Of a stretch of 57,928 nt of DNA, positions 19,686 through 29,900 are shown piece after piece; the stretch's first letter is position 1, and each line of letters begins with the position of its first letter. The translations under genes were made by a program, and so were the position numbers. The stretch comes from a virus. Taxonomy: Duplodnaviria > Caudoviricetes. The notes beneath the pieces were generated by a model, which was not told the origin of the DNA, made no database searches, and was given only the letters and a program-made list of their open reading frames with translations. The stretch lies in the IMG/VR virus record IMGVR_UViG_3300009002_000002, positions 1 through 57,928 of that record. One strand, given 5' to 3'.

Positions 19686-22600
19686 TTACGAGTCTAAAAG
19701 TATTGACCAACCAGCATTCTGTCTCAAGTAGTCCAGTTTAGCTTGGGTTGAATTGTCGCCTGATGTTCCGTCAAACTTAGAAGATTCTCTTAGTCTATCT
19801 GGACCACTTTGCCCCTTTAAGTTAATAGTGACTCCACCTCTATTGTTTGCGTTGTAGTTAGCTATGAGATCGATTAGAAGAGTTCTCAAGCAAGAAGCTT
19901 CTAATAAATTATTTCTAAAGTCTACATTTTTCATCGATACTGCTGTAGCTAAGTTTCCTTCAGTGTATGTCGTCATTAAATTGTTATAGCCTTTAATCTG
20001 TTCAACCTTGACAGCAGTTGAAAAGTCTGGTATTGATCCAGTGAACTTATTATTGTATGCAGTCCATCTTTCTAATTTAGGAGCATCAAGCGGAGGACAT
20101 TGTCCTGTAAAGTTGTTCCAATATATGTACATATATTTGAGATTAGTCATCTGCTGGTTGAATATTGGAAATGCTCCATTAAGACCTAAAGCCCTTACCG
20201 AAGCATGAACTGAGTAAGGAACAACTTCACCTGGCACAGGCGATGTTTGATCACCTTGTCCTGTGGAGATAGCTGTTGTAATAGTCGCATTATTATATTC
20301 TATCTTTTGTCCTAAGTACGGTGCTGAATTACCGCCTACTGTAATAGCGTTCCAGTCTGTGTTACCTAGCTTCATTATCCTATACACTCTACTTCTTAGA
20401 TATGTATTTGGATTTCCAGCCGCTATAGGTATGTGTCGCTTTGTGAATGCGTCACCGCCACTTGGGTTAGTTCCTGTCGCATTGCCATATATGTCGCCAT
20501 TTATAATCTTGTTCTCTGCATCGGTCTGTCCTGCAATCCAACCTATAGCTTTATAATCATTAGTCGTAAGTTTATCTTTATTGCTACCGCCGAAGCCGCT
20601 AGCATCAACACCATCATTGCTAAGTTGCGTATTAGAGATATAATATATCTGCTTCGCTTGAGCCTGATAAGTTCTCATCCAAGCGGCATTGTATCCTAAG
20701 TGTAAGTATTTAAGTTGTTTGAAGCTATTGAATACATTAGGAAAAGTGCCTCTAAGATTACAACTATAAAAATACAAGACTTGCATTCTGTCGTTTACTG
20801 GCCATACAAAGTTAGCAGAAGGTGTGCCCTCTTCATTATTTCCTTCTGCTACAAATGTCCCTGATCCATATCTATTATTAGCGACCCTAAATCCATAGAA
20901 ATTAGGATTTGCATTCGCTAAAGCTTTACCGTTATTAACGCTTGTTGCTCCGCCAATACCACTGGTGCCAAATGTGTCGGTCGTAAACTGATTAAGCTGG
21001 TCTCCACCAACAGTGAAATTATTGATTTTATCACTACCGCTAAACATATCGTCTGTGATTCTGCCGTTAGGTCCTCCTCGACCCCAAACTAACATATTCA
21101 CATATTGCAAGTTAGGCAAATTCTTGAATGTTCCAGCAGTTTCAAAGTTTCCGGTGCTTCCTATTAATTGATACATTAGTATATGCGTAAGGCTTGTACA
21201 TCCTGTAAACTTACCATTAATTGTCGTCTCAGCAGGTTCGTATCGACTGTCGATTGTGCCTTGCCAATGATAGTAGCGATATAAACTCGTGTTGTCGCTA
21301 ATGTCTACGACATTATGAGGATTATATCTACTATAGAAATATCTCCAGTTGACAGTTCCTTCAAATTTCGGAATTGCCATGTCTGCCGAAGATTTAGTTT
21401 TAGCCGCAGCCGCAGTTATTGTTCCATCTATACTAGCAGTATCCGAATAGTGCGGCGTTTCTGAATTTGATATCATAGGAGTAGAGTCAGCATACCAATA
21501 GTAAAGCTGTCTAGAGTTATATGAACCAGGAGAAAGTCTACTATAAGACTGATTATATATTCTATAAGTTGTTATACCTTTCGTTGTGCTGGCCATGTAA
21601 GCTTTATCGGTAGATGTGTCCCACTGAGTCAAAGAGTGTAGCTTACCGTGTCCATCTCCACCTTCGCCACTCATAAGTTTTCTACCACCAGTTGATGATG
21701 TAGTTGTTGCATTTGTAGATGTATCATACAACTCTATGACATTATCATTAATTCTACGAACATAATATGTCGTGTTAGCAGACAATGAACTTATAGGTTG
21801 AGCCATAGTTCCTGTACTATCAGCATGATAGTCGTATTTTACTGGAGTACCATTAGTGGTAAAACCATGTCCCTGAATATACATTTGATTAGATGATGCA
21901 GATGACGCCCATGATGTGTCAGTCTCGACTGAAAAGAAAACTTTCTTTTTAGGATTATATGTCGCAGGACTAACTGTTGCAGTCTGAGGGCGTTGCAATT
22001 CTCTAGTATAGCTTGAACTGACATCTAAATATATAAGATTTTCATAATCTTCAAGGTCTATGTTACTGTTATCTGAAAAGCAACCATTCGCAATCAGATA
22101 TTTCAAAGTAAGTGGCAATCTATTACATTGCTGTGACGAGTTACCTGTGTTTTCACGACCTGTTACGCCTAGTAGAGCATCGTTACCTCTTCCTAAGTTG
22201 TTTCCTGTAATATATAATCTTTCTAGTTTGGGCGCTAGACCTGCTCCACCGTCAAACCCCTGTTTAGCGGCTGTGCCGTCTGATCTAAATTCAGGAATAA
22301 CTGAAAAGTCGTTAAAACCTATGTCCAGCCAATTTAGATTAGGCAGAGATACATTTGTCCACTTAGCTATATTAGCTTCACGCATTTCAAGTCTAAGAAT
22401 ATTTGCAGGAGGATAGAAGAACTCAATTTTTCTTCTAGAATATCCAGAAGGAGCTATCGAATATGATACAGGACTGGATAGAGTTCCTGTTCCTAGACTT
22501 GCTGTATTATTTGATCCGTCTCCAGAGTTATATGATCCTGCAGGCGAAGTTAGATTTGTGATTCTCCAAGTAATAGGAATAGTGCCTTCTGCATCAGTTA

Positions 22601-23273
22601 TAGGAGTTACTGCGGCCTTGAATAGTATTTCTTCAAATATGCCTTCCCACTCTAATGGTATACCCTTCATCATATATAATGACTCTTCTCCAGTTTCGCC
22701 TGGCATATCCATTTTTAATACATGAGTAGCCACTTCTGCTCTGAAGGTTTTTGGTATAGGGGCAGTTGTAGTAGATAACTTAGTGAAAGCAAGCCTATCT
22801 CCCACTATCTTGATATCTCCGCCATATAAAATGTAGCTGTCTGGCGTAGGATTACCAACTGGCGACCAAGATGACAATCTAGAAGTGGATATATCGGCCG
22901 AGCTTTCTACCCAATTACCGTTGACTGGAGTTTCGCTAAATTTTAAATAGTTATACTTGAGCGCACCGCCAACAAGTTTATTAGTGTTTAGTCTAAGATT
23001 AAATTTAAGAGGAGTTGTGATATCATTAATTCCCAAAAAGGCCACTTCAGTAGCATCGGCAGCACTCGATAAAGACTCTAACTCCTTTTTCTGGTCACTA
23101 GTCAGATTAGCCATATTATGAAAATCATTAATGCCTACGCCAACCCCAGCACTAGTGAGTCCTGAGATTAGATCGAAATCTGCTCTATTTAATCCTAAAT
23201 TCTTTAAAGCTTCTCTTGAATCATCGATATCATTCAGAGCCTTAGCGACATTTAGACCTCTATAAATCGGCAT
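19686..23273 (-). CDS. Leucine-rich-repeat-containing putative virion protein (1195 aa)
   Basis: LRR units: LPNLNWLDIGFNDFSVIP, PKLERLYITGNNL, MQVLYFYSCNLRGTFP, QLKYLHLGYN, NLKYMYIYWNNFTGQCP, KLERWTAYNNKFTGSIP, MKNVDFRNNLL. Confidence 0.8.
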   Translation of the reverse strand: MPIYRGLNVAKALNDIDDSREALKNLGLNRADFDLISGLTSAGVGVGINDFHNMANLTSDQKKELESLSSAADATEVAFLGINDITTPLKFNLRLNTNKLVGGALKYNYLKFSETPVNGNWVESSADISTSRLSSWSPVGNPTPDSYILYGGDIKIVGDRLAFTKLSTTTAPIPKTFRAEVATHVLKMDMPGETGEESLYMMKGIPLEWEGIFEEILFKAAVTPITDAEGTIPITWRITNLTSPAGSYNSGDGSNNTASLGTGTLSSPVSYSIAPSGYSRRKIEFFYPPANILRLEMREANIAKWTNVSLPNLNWLDIGFNDFSVIPEFRSDGTAAKQGFDGGAGLAPKLERLYITGNNLGRGNDALLGVTGRENTGNSSQQCNRLPLTLKYLIANGCFSDNSNIDLEDYENLIYLDVSSSYTRELQRPQTATVSPATYNPKKKVFFSVETDTSWASSASSNQMYIQGHGFTTNGTPVKYDYHADSTGTMAQPISSLSANTTYYVRRINDNVIELYDTSTNATTTSSTGGRKLMSGEGGDGHGKLHSLTQWDTSTDKAYMASTTKGITTYRIYNQSYSRLSPGSYNSRQLYYWYADSTPMISNSETPHYSDTASIDGTITAAAAKTKSSADMAIPKFEGTVNWRYFYSRYNPHNVVDISDNTSLYRYYHWQGTIDSRYEPAETTINGKFTGCTSLTHILMYQLIGSTGNFETAGTFKNLPNLQYVNMLVWGRGGPNGRITDDMFSGSDKINNFTVGGDQLNQFTTDTFGTSGIGGATSVNNGKALANANPNFYGFRVANNRYGSGTFVAEGNNEEGTPSANFVWPVNDRMQVLYFYSCNLRGTFPNVFNSFKQLKYLHLGYNAAWMRTYQAQAKQIYYISNTQLSNDGVDASGFGGSNKDKLTTNDYKAIGWIAGQTDAENKIINGDIYGNATGTNPSGGDAFTKRHIPIAAGNPNTYLRSRVYRIMKLGNTDWNAITVGGNSAPYLGQKIEYNNATITTAISTGQGDQTSPVPGEVVPYSVHASVRALGLNGAFPIFNQQMTNLKYMYIYWNNFTGQCPPLDAPKLERWTAYNNKFTGSIPDFSTAVKVEQIKGYNNLMTTYTEGNLATAVSMKNVDFRNNLLEASCLRTLLIDLIANYNANNRGGVTINLKGQSGPDRLRESSKFDGTSGDNSTQAKLDYLRQNAGWSILLDS

Positions 23274-26200
23274 TATTGTTCCTTAATAGTTAAAGCAAGT
23301 TCTATTGTACCTGCGGCAGTACTGGAATCCAGTTCTGTTGCTGTAAAGTATAGTGCAGTATTATTTAATAATCCTGGAGACAAAGCTTTTCTGTCTTGAG
23401 CAAATATGTTATCCAAGTCTATCTTAGCTGGATCATTAGCCTCTACATAGAAAGAATATATAGTATTTCCTGATCTAAGAGGCTGTAAGCAACTTTTATC
23501 GATTCTTATTCCAGAGGATCTATCGTCTTCATTGAAAGAGCATGGAGTGAGTGTAGAATTAGATGTCGCTTGTCCACCGTGTCCTGGTAGTGTTCTATCG
23601 GCCACAGGAATAACATTATCTATCGTTATAGCACTATTGTAATTACTATCATCTGTCTTAAATGTCGGTGTGTGTACTATGGTTGTTCCGTCTTCAAAAA
23701 TTTCTTCTATAACAATATTATTTATTCTAGCTTGATCCTGTAATGAAAAAACTGGATACAAAGGCTGATCATTAAATGCCATAGCTTGAGATACACTAAA
23801 CTCGTGACTTGGAAACAGAGGTTCTCCATTATCGTTAAATGATTGTGCTTGCCAGTCGTCAAATAGCGTCACTACTTTAGTTTGAATAGTCTTCACATCT
23901 CCATCGGCACTACTGGTACTTGCTCCAAGATTTGTTATATTTGCGTCAACATAAACATATCTGTTGCCTGTGGCAGGAGTAATTACTGGACTCTTAAAGA
24001 AGAATCCTGAGCCTACGAACTGTGAACCGATTTCTGATATTCCTGTTGTAGGATCAGGTTCACCGCTCGATAATTGACCCGTAAACTTTATATGTGTATT
24101 GCTAGGAACATTAGACGAGGTAAAAATTAGCCTTTTAAATGTAGAGTATTGGCTTCCATCAGCATCAATGTAGTTTCCTAATGCGGCAAGTGCTGTAAAT
24201 TCTTGAACTTCAACCTTTCCTTGAATGGTTGAAATGAATCCAGACTGCGTAGGATCTCCTACAGGAATAGAATTTCTAGGATCAACTTCAAATATACCTC
24301 TACCATAAGCTCCATGCCACTCATATACTTCAGCTTGCTCTCTTTCGAGAAATCTAACTCTGTCGTGAGAATACTCTAAAACGGGAAACTCTTCTTTATC
24401 AAACTCTTTGAAGTTACCAGCAGAGACTTCGAAGTGTAGTCTATCAAATGTATCTACTCCGTCGGGCTCAACTGGTTTATGAGGAGTAATTGTTACTCCG
24501 AACTCTGCAAAATGTTTACTGCCATAATCTCCATCTTTCTTATCTGGATTTAACCAATGAATTTTAAATCTATTCGCTGTAATAGGAGTATCAGAGCCTA
24601 CGACTGTGTGCTTGTTAACAAGTTTGCCGGAAAACGGTACACTTCTATCTAACACAGATTCGTCAACCTTAAGAGAATCTCTAACAGGTATGTTCGAAAG
24701 TAATCTAAAATCATTTCCAGGCATATTTCTTCTAATTACTGGAGAGGATTTAGCACTTGCGACAGATGTGTCTACATATGTATTATAAACTCCATCAGCT
24801 ATAATTTTAGCATACTTGTCTTCTGTGTTCAACTTATAAACAAGTTCAGCAGTAACTGCATTAGCTTCTGCTATGGAAGTAGCAGTAAATGCATCCGCTA
24901 ATTGTAGTACAGTATTAGAGGTAATCTTAGAGACTTTATGCTCCGTCGTTGTGTCTGTACCTATTAATAATATATCTCCTACTTGAACATCAGTCTGAAA
25001 TTGTGTGTTTGTCCCATTCAGTGTAGTTTCATTGTTATCTATGTATACAGTACCAGTTATATTGGGAGTAGCGGGCTGTATAATCTGTATAGATGTGTCT
25101 CCGCCTGCATACTGAAAAGTCAAATCTCTTGTTCTTGGATTTCTTCCATTCATGTGTATAGATGGAGCATAGTGATAGTGTACTCCATCTCTAGAACCTT
25201 TTATCTCTACTAGATCAATCCGACAATCCTTTGTCGTAGTTACTGACAGTGTAGAAGGATATGACTTTTTAGTATTTACAACAGAAATGCCGTCGCTATT
25301 TAAAATTTTATCTTTAGGAAGTAGTCCTAACAGAGGAGTATTTTTTGTATGCGCCTTAGGAATAGACGATGTTGTAGACAGGCTCTGAGTACCTTCATCT
25401 CCGCCATCAATGTAGTAACTACTGCCATATTTGAATAATGATATGGGACTTCTTAGCGTTGCTGTGTTTGTAGAGTATATACAGTATTTAAACTTAAAGT
25501 CTGGATTCTGTAATATGGGCTGCCCCAATCCGTTTTCTATAACGAGAGTGTGCATGAGAGCCCATCTAGCGTCTCCGTTTCCAGAAGGTATGTAAGCATA
25601 GAATTTAGCACCGATAGCACCATACCAAGAAAACTCGATCTTGTACATTGTAACATCTTCGAATGAAAGTATGTAGCCAGAATCTCCTACACCAAGTAAG
25701 GCATCTCCATTCCACTTTGATCTTGGAATAATAGTCTCGTATAATTTTGTAGTGTTGCCTATTCCCCTGACATACTTGGGCTCTGAAGATTGATCGTCAG
25801 CAGTTAGTCCCTGTCTAGTCAACAAATCTAAGGGCAGAGGTATTGTGCTTCGTCTAACTATATTAAACTGTGATCCTTTCAACTGAAATAGATACTGATC
25901 TGTATCGTTAGCACATCCTAATTCGCAAACAGTAGCGGAAGAAATAGGATCATTCGTCATTCTAGAGCCGAATGTGAATCCACTAGCACGACCAGGTTGA
26001 TATCTAAACGCTCTCTTACTTTCTAATTGTGCTACCTGAAAGGTATTACTATTGCCTCCAGGTAAACACTCATTTGTTGCAAATGAGACAATTTTATTAT
26101 ATCTACTATCTTCTTTAAATTTTCCGTGAACATTATTTTCAGGATAAAATGCTGTTCCATCTTTGATCATTTCAAAGAAGAATGTCCATCTTTCTATATC

Positions 26201-26992
26201 GTCAAATGAGTCTTGAATATCATCTTTGCCATAATCGACATCGAAAAAGCCGTTGTTGCCATCGAAAGTAACATATGAGCCTAAATCTAACAGGGTAAGA
26301 CCAGTGCCACTAAGAATAGTCGCAGGCTTAGAACTATCAATCACATTCGCACTTGTTGGCTCTAAGAAATTCTTTTTAGCAAACTCTGTGAATCCTCTGG
26401 AATCGAATAGTGTATATAGCCATCTTCCCAAAGCAATGAAGTTCATATATTTCTCAAAACCAGCAGTAGGAGTAGTCGATAGTTGCGATCTAGGACCACT
26501 AGGATAGGAATACTGTGAAGGAAATGCTCTTAGATAAAGAGCCTGCTCTGTAGAGCCTTCTCTAAACTCAGGATTAGTTCTTCTGCCGTGAATAGGGTGT
26601 CTCTTTTGATACCACTGATATGGCACTGTAGCATTACTAAAGGTGTACTGTGACCAGGCGTCCTCGTCTAAGCCATAAGTAGCGACATCAGAAAATAGAG
26701 AGAGTTGTTCTTCTGCTCTGGGAATACCTAAAAGGGAAGAACTAACCTGAGATGTTTCTGGAAAAGCCTCTACTATAGGAATAGAGCCGCCGTCTGTAGG
26801 CGTATTGTTTGCAAATACCGATAGCGCATTGGCGCTATTCGCAAACTGCGAGATAACGGCATCTTCTTCTGTTACAAGCGGATTACCTGCCGCATCAAAA
26901 AGCTTCGTGCCCTCGATGTCTACAAGTTGCGTGTACGCTTTCCCGACTGGAGATGGTACTTTGTCCAGTCCAATCTTTATCTGCTTTGCCAT
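23273..26992 (-). CDS. Large virion structural protein, paralog A (1239 aa)
   Basis: Shares SLLGIPRAE, SKRxFRYQPGR, VTMxKIEFSWYGAxGA and KYGxSYYIDGGDxGT blocks with 26996..31525. Confidence 0.8.
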   Translation of the reverse strand: MAKQIKIGLDKVPSPVGKAYTQLVDIEGTKLFDAAGNPLVTEEDAVISQFANSANALSVFANNTPTDGGSIPIVEAFPETSQVSSSLLGIPRAEEQLSLFSDVATYGLDEDAWSQYTFSNATVPYQWYQKRHPIHGRRTNPEFREGSTEQALYLRAFPSQYSYPSGPRSQLSTTPTAGFEKYMNFIALGRWLYTLFDSRGFTEFAKKNFLEPTSANVIDSSKPATILSGTGLTLLDLGSYVTFDGNNGFFDVDYGKDDIQDSFDDIERWTFFFEMIKDGTAFYPENNVHGKFKEDSRYNKIVSFATNECLPGGNSNTFQVAQLESKRAFRYQPGRASGFTFGSRMTNDPISSATVCELGCANDTDQYLFQLKGSQFNIVRRSTIPLPLDLLTRQGLTADDQSSEPKYVRGIGNTTKLYETIIPRSKWNGDALLGVGDSGYILSFEDVTMYKIEFSWYGAIGAKFYAYIPSGNGDARWALMHTLVIENGLGQPILQNPDFKFKYCIYSTNTATLRSPISLFKYGSSYYIDGGDEGTQSLSTTSSIPKAHTKNTPLLGLLPKDKILNSDGISVVNTKKSYPSTLSVTTTKDCRIDLVEIKGSRDGVHYHYAPSIHMNGRNPRTRDLTFQYAGGDTSIQIIQPATPNITGTVYIDNNETTLNGTNTQFQTDVQVGDILLIGTDTTTEHKVSKITSNTVLQLADAFTATSIAEANAVTAELVYKLNTEDKYAKIIADGVYNTYVDTSVASAKSSPVIRRNMPGNDFRLLSNIPVRDSLKVDESVLDRSVPFSGKLVNKHTVVGSDTPITANRFKIHWLNPDKKDGDYGSKHFAEFGVTITPHKPVEPDGVDTFDRLHFEVSAGNFKEFDKEEFPVLEYSHDRVRFLEREQAEVYEWHGAYGRGIFEVDPRNSIPVGDPTQSGFISTIQGKVEVQEFTALAALGNYIDADGSQYSTFKRLIFTSSNVPSNTHIKFTGQLSSGEPDPTTGISEIGSQFVGSGFFFKSPVITPATGNRYVYVDANITNLGASTSSADGDVKTIQTKVVTLFDDWQAQSFNDNGEPLFPSHEFSVSQAMAFNDQPLYPVFSLQDQARINNIVIEEIFEDGTTIVHTPTFKTDDSNYNSAITIDNVIPVADRTLPGHGGQATSNSTLTPCSFNEDDRSSGIRIDKSCLQPLRSGNTIYSFYVEANDPAKIDLDNIFAQDRKALSPGLLNNTALYFTATELDSSTAAGTIELALTIKEQ

Positions 26993-26995
26993 AAA

Positions 26996-29900
26996 CTACT
27001 GCTCTTCCCATGTTACACCTAAGCTTATAGGATCTTCATCCGCAACAACGGCGGCTGTATCCGAATCTACTGCAAAATATAAACTATCAGCTATATCTGT
27101 TAGAGGAAATGATAGATATTCTTTATTATAATCGAAGTAAGTTCCCAGATCAAATTGCTCTGTTCCCTTTCTCAAATATAGTGTAGCCACATTAGTTCCA
27201 GTATCTGGAATAGGAACGACTGGATCAGTTGCGATGTTCAAAGAACTTAATCCTTCAATAGTAGTCGAACTCTTAGTTACTGCTGTTGTTGGTTCACCAG
27301 TTTTTAAGAATCTCAAATCAGGTAAGAAGTCTTCACTAATAGTAAGAGTTACTGTACCCTCAAAAGTTTCTAACATTTCAAAGTAGTATTTATCTCCTTC
27401 TTTAGAGAGTTCTCCAAAGGCTGTAATACCTTGTGCCGCAATTCTGCCTCTAAACCAACCATAAATCTTCTCGCCATTTTGTAGATATGGATGAGTAGCA
27501 TTGTCTGTAAACGGCAACTCTGTGTTAGTGTTGTCGATTGTATATTCGCTAGTCAGTCTAAATTCACTACCTGTAGTGTTAGGAGTAACCTGAGTTTGGA
27601 ATATAGGAGTTTTCTTAAATCTCAATCTAACAGTATCGGTGGCTGACGATGAGTTATTAGTCGAAAGTTTAGTAGGATAAACCTGTACTCTGTTTCTTAC
27701 AGCATTGCCTTCTCGTGTACTTAGAATAACTTTCTTTGTCTCTAGTCCATAAACTGTTGCCGCTCTATCGGGCATAATCTTAATGTTTGCTACAGCGTTA
27801 TCACTTAATCCCTTGTTTAAGAATAGTCTGCCTGTAGTAGGTTCAGCCCAAACAACTCTAACATTCTGATCTAGATCACTATTCGTCTTGATTGAAGCTC
27901 CGATAAAGAATCTAGCATCAGTATGAGTAATACTACCACCAGAAGGAGTGTGTGCGGCGTTATGTATCAAACTAGGTACAGTTAAACCGCCTAATGTTTG
28001 ATTAGTTTCATATGCACCAGTTTTACCATCTACAGCAGATCCTGTTATACTGAACTTCTTACCTAAAGCACCCATTTGCGTTGCATTGTTATAGCTGTAT
28101 AGACGGACAGTACCTCTATCTCCACCATCGATATAGTATGAAGCACCATACTTAACAATGTTGTGCGATATTGTTCCGTAGCCTTGATCTGTTTGTGCCG
28201 AAGTGGCATCTTCTCCATCACCACCACAATACAGACTACCACCACCGTAAGTTGTGTAAGTAATTGGCAGTGTTGCGTTACCAAGAGATGCAATCTTCAA
28301 CTGATTCGATGCTCTTAGGTGATGCACTCGTACCCATCGTGCTTCACCGTTACTTACTGGAACATATGCCAAGAACAATGCGCCAACAGCACCATACCAC
28401 GAGAACTCAATTTTAAGCATCGTTACTTTAGTGAAGTCAAAATCGTAAACACTATCAGTACTTTCTTGAACCCCAGAAGCATTGGTAAAGTTTTCGCCAG
28501 GTCTCACAGTACCAGCCGAGCCAGTCGCTACATCACTGTAAACTCTGTTTCTGATACCCTTTCCGGTTTCTGCGGAAACAGTATCTTCTGGATATTGATA
28601 TGCTGTCGTGCCTGTCGCTTTGCGGCCGTCTAATGTATCATGGCTAAATCTTGAACGAGGTACACGATACTCGTAAACTCCGTAGTATTCAGGTTTAACA
28701 TTATTCTTAATCCAATTCACATACTCTGGATAGAAGTTTACATTATCGATATGAGATCGTATTGTATCAACATTTGTTCCGACTGTTGGAGCTAATGCGG
28801 TGTTGATGAATCCGATTGTGTTATTGTCGTCAATACCAGAACTCAACAAATTATCGTCTGCCGAGTACATATAAGGAAATACAGGTCCCTTAGGCACTGA
28901 ACCCATATTTGAAACTGTAGTAGACTTAAATATTCTTTGACCGGTTATAGTGCCATCCCCTAAGGTGGCGGCAAAGTCTGTAGTCGCCTTGCTGGTCATA
29001 ATCTCAGAAGTAAACGCTGTATTATTGATCGCAGGCAAGTTGTAGTCGTTAGGGAACATAAACGGTACAACAGTCTCTATGAAGAATGATCCTACACTAG
29101 GAGCAACGGCTGAAACTACAGTTGTTCCCGATGAAATAGACTCTCGTGTACCTGCTTGGGCGGCAGTCACCGATACCACAGTGTTGTCTGTTATTTTAGT
29201 TAAAACAAACTCTGTTGCTTTGGGATTAAGTATTCTAGCTACTCTACATACTGCTCCATTTGCAACTGAGTCCACTGAAGCAGGGCTTGAGTTGCTCCAA
29301 CTAAGCTTGATGTGCTGACCATAAGTCACACTGCCTGAACTTAATCTGAATGTAGCGGCATCAGTTGCTGGTGTAGCACCAGGTATAACACTAACTTTAA
29401 TCTTTTTAGATTCTTTTAGTAGGGATGGATCATAGACAGCCGCATGAGTGTGAATAAGTCCATCTCTCATCGCAACCAAGTTTCCTGCAAAGCCTCTATT
29501 GCCTACAGTGCCACTTTCTTTATTCTCTATTTTAAAGTTGTTAACAACCTTGTCTGAAAGAGTGTTTAAATTAAGATATGTTGATGAAGTTGCTGAATAA
29601 CCAGCAGACTTCAAATCTTTCAACATAATTGATTGCAATAATTGGTGTCTGTCGATCTCGCTTATATATGGATTGCCAGAATCTGTTTTTTGCTGTGAAT
29701 AAACTGATAATCCTGTGCCTCGGAAGAACATTTGACAGTTATAAGTAGTCTCTGCATTACCTCCTCCGCTTAGATCATTCTTATATCCATCAATTATATA
29801 TCCTACATCTCGCTGACACTTGTTCTGAATAAATTTCTGAACTTCTGCATCATCTAATGTCGTTAAGTAGTGTAGCCCAGTGCCAGTATCTGCGCCTGTG

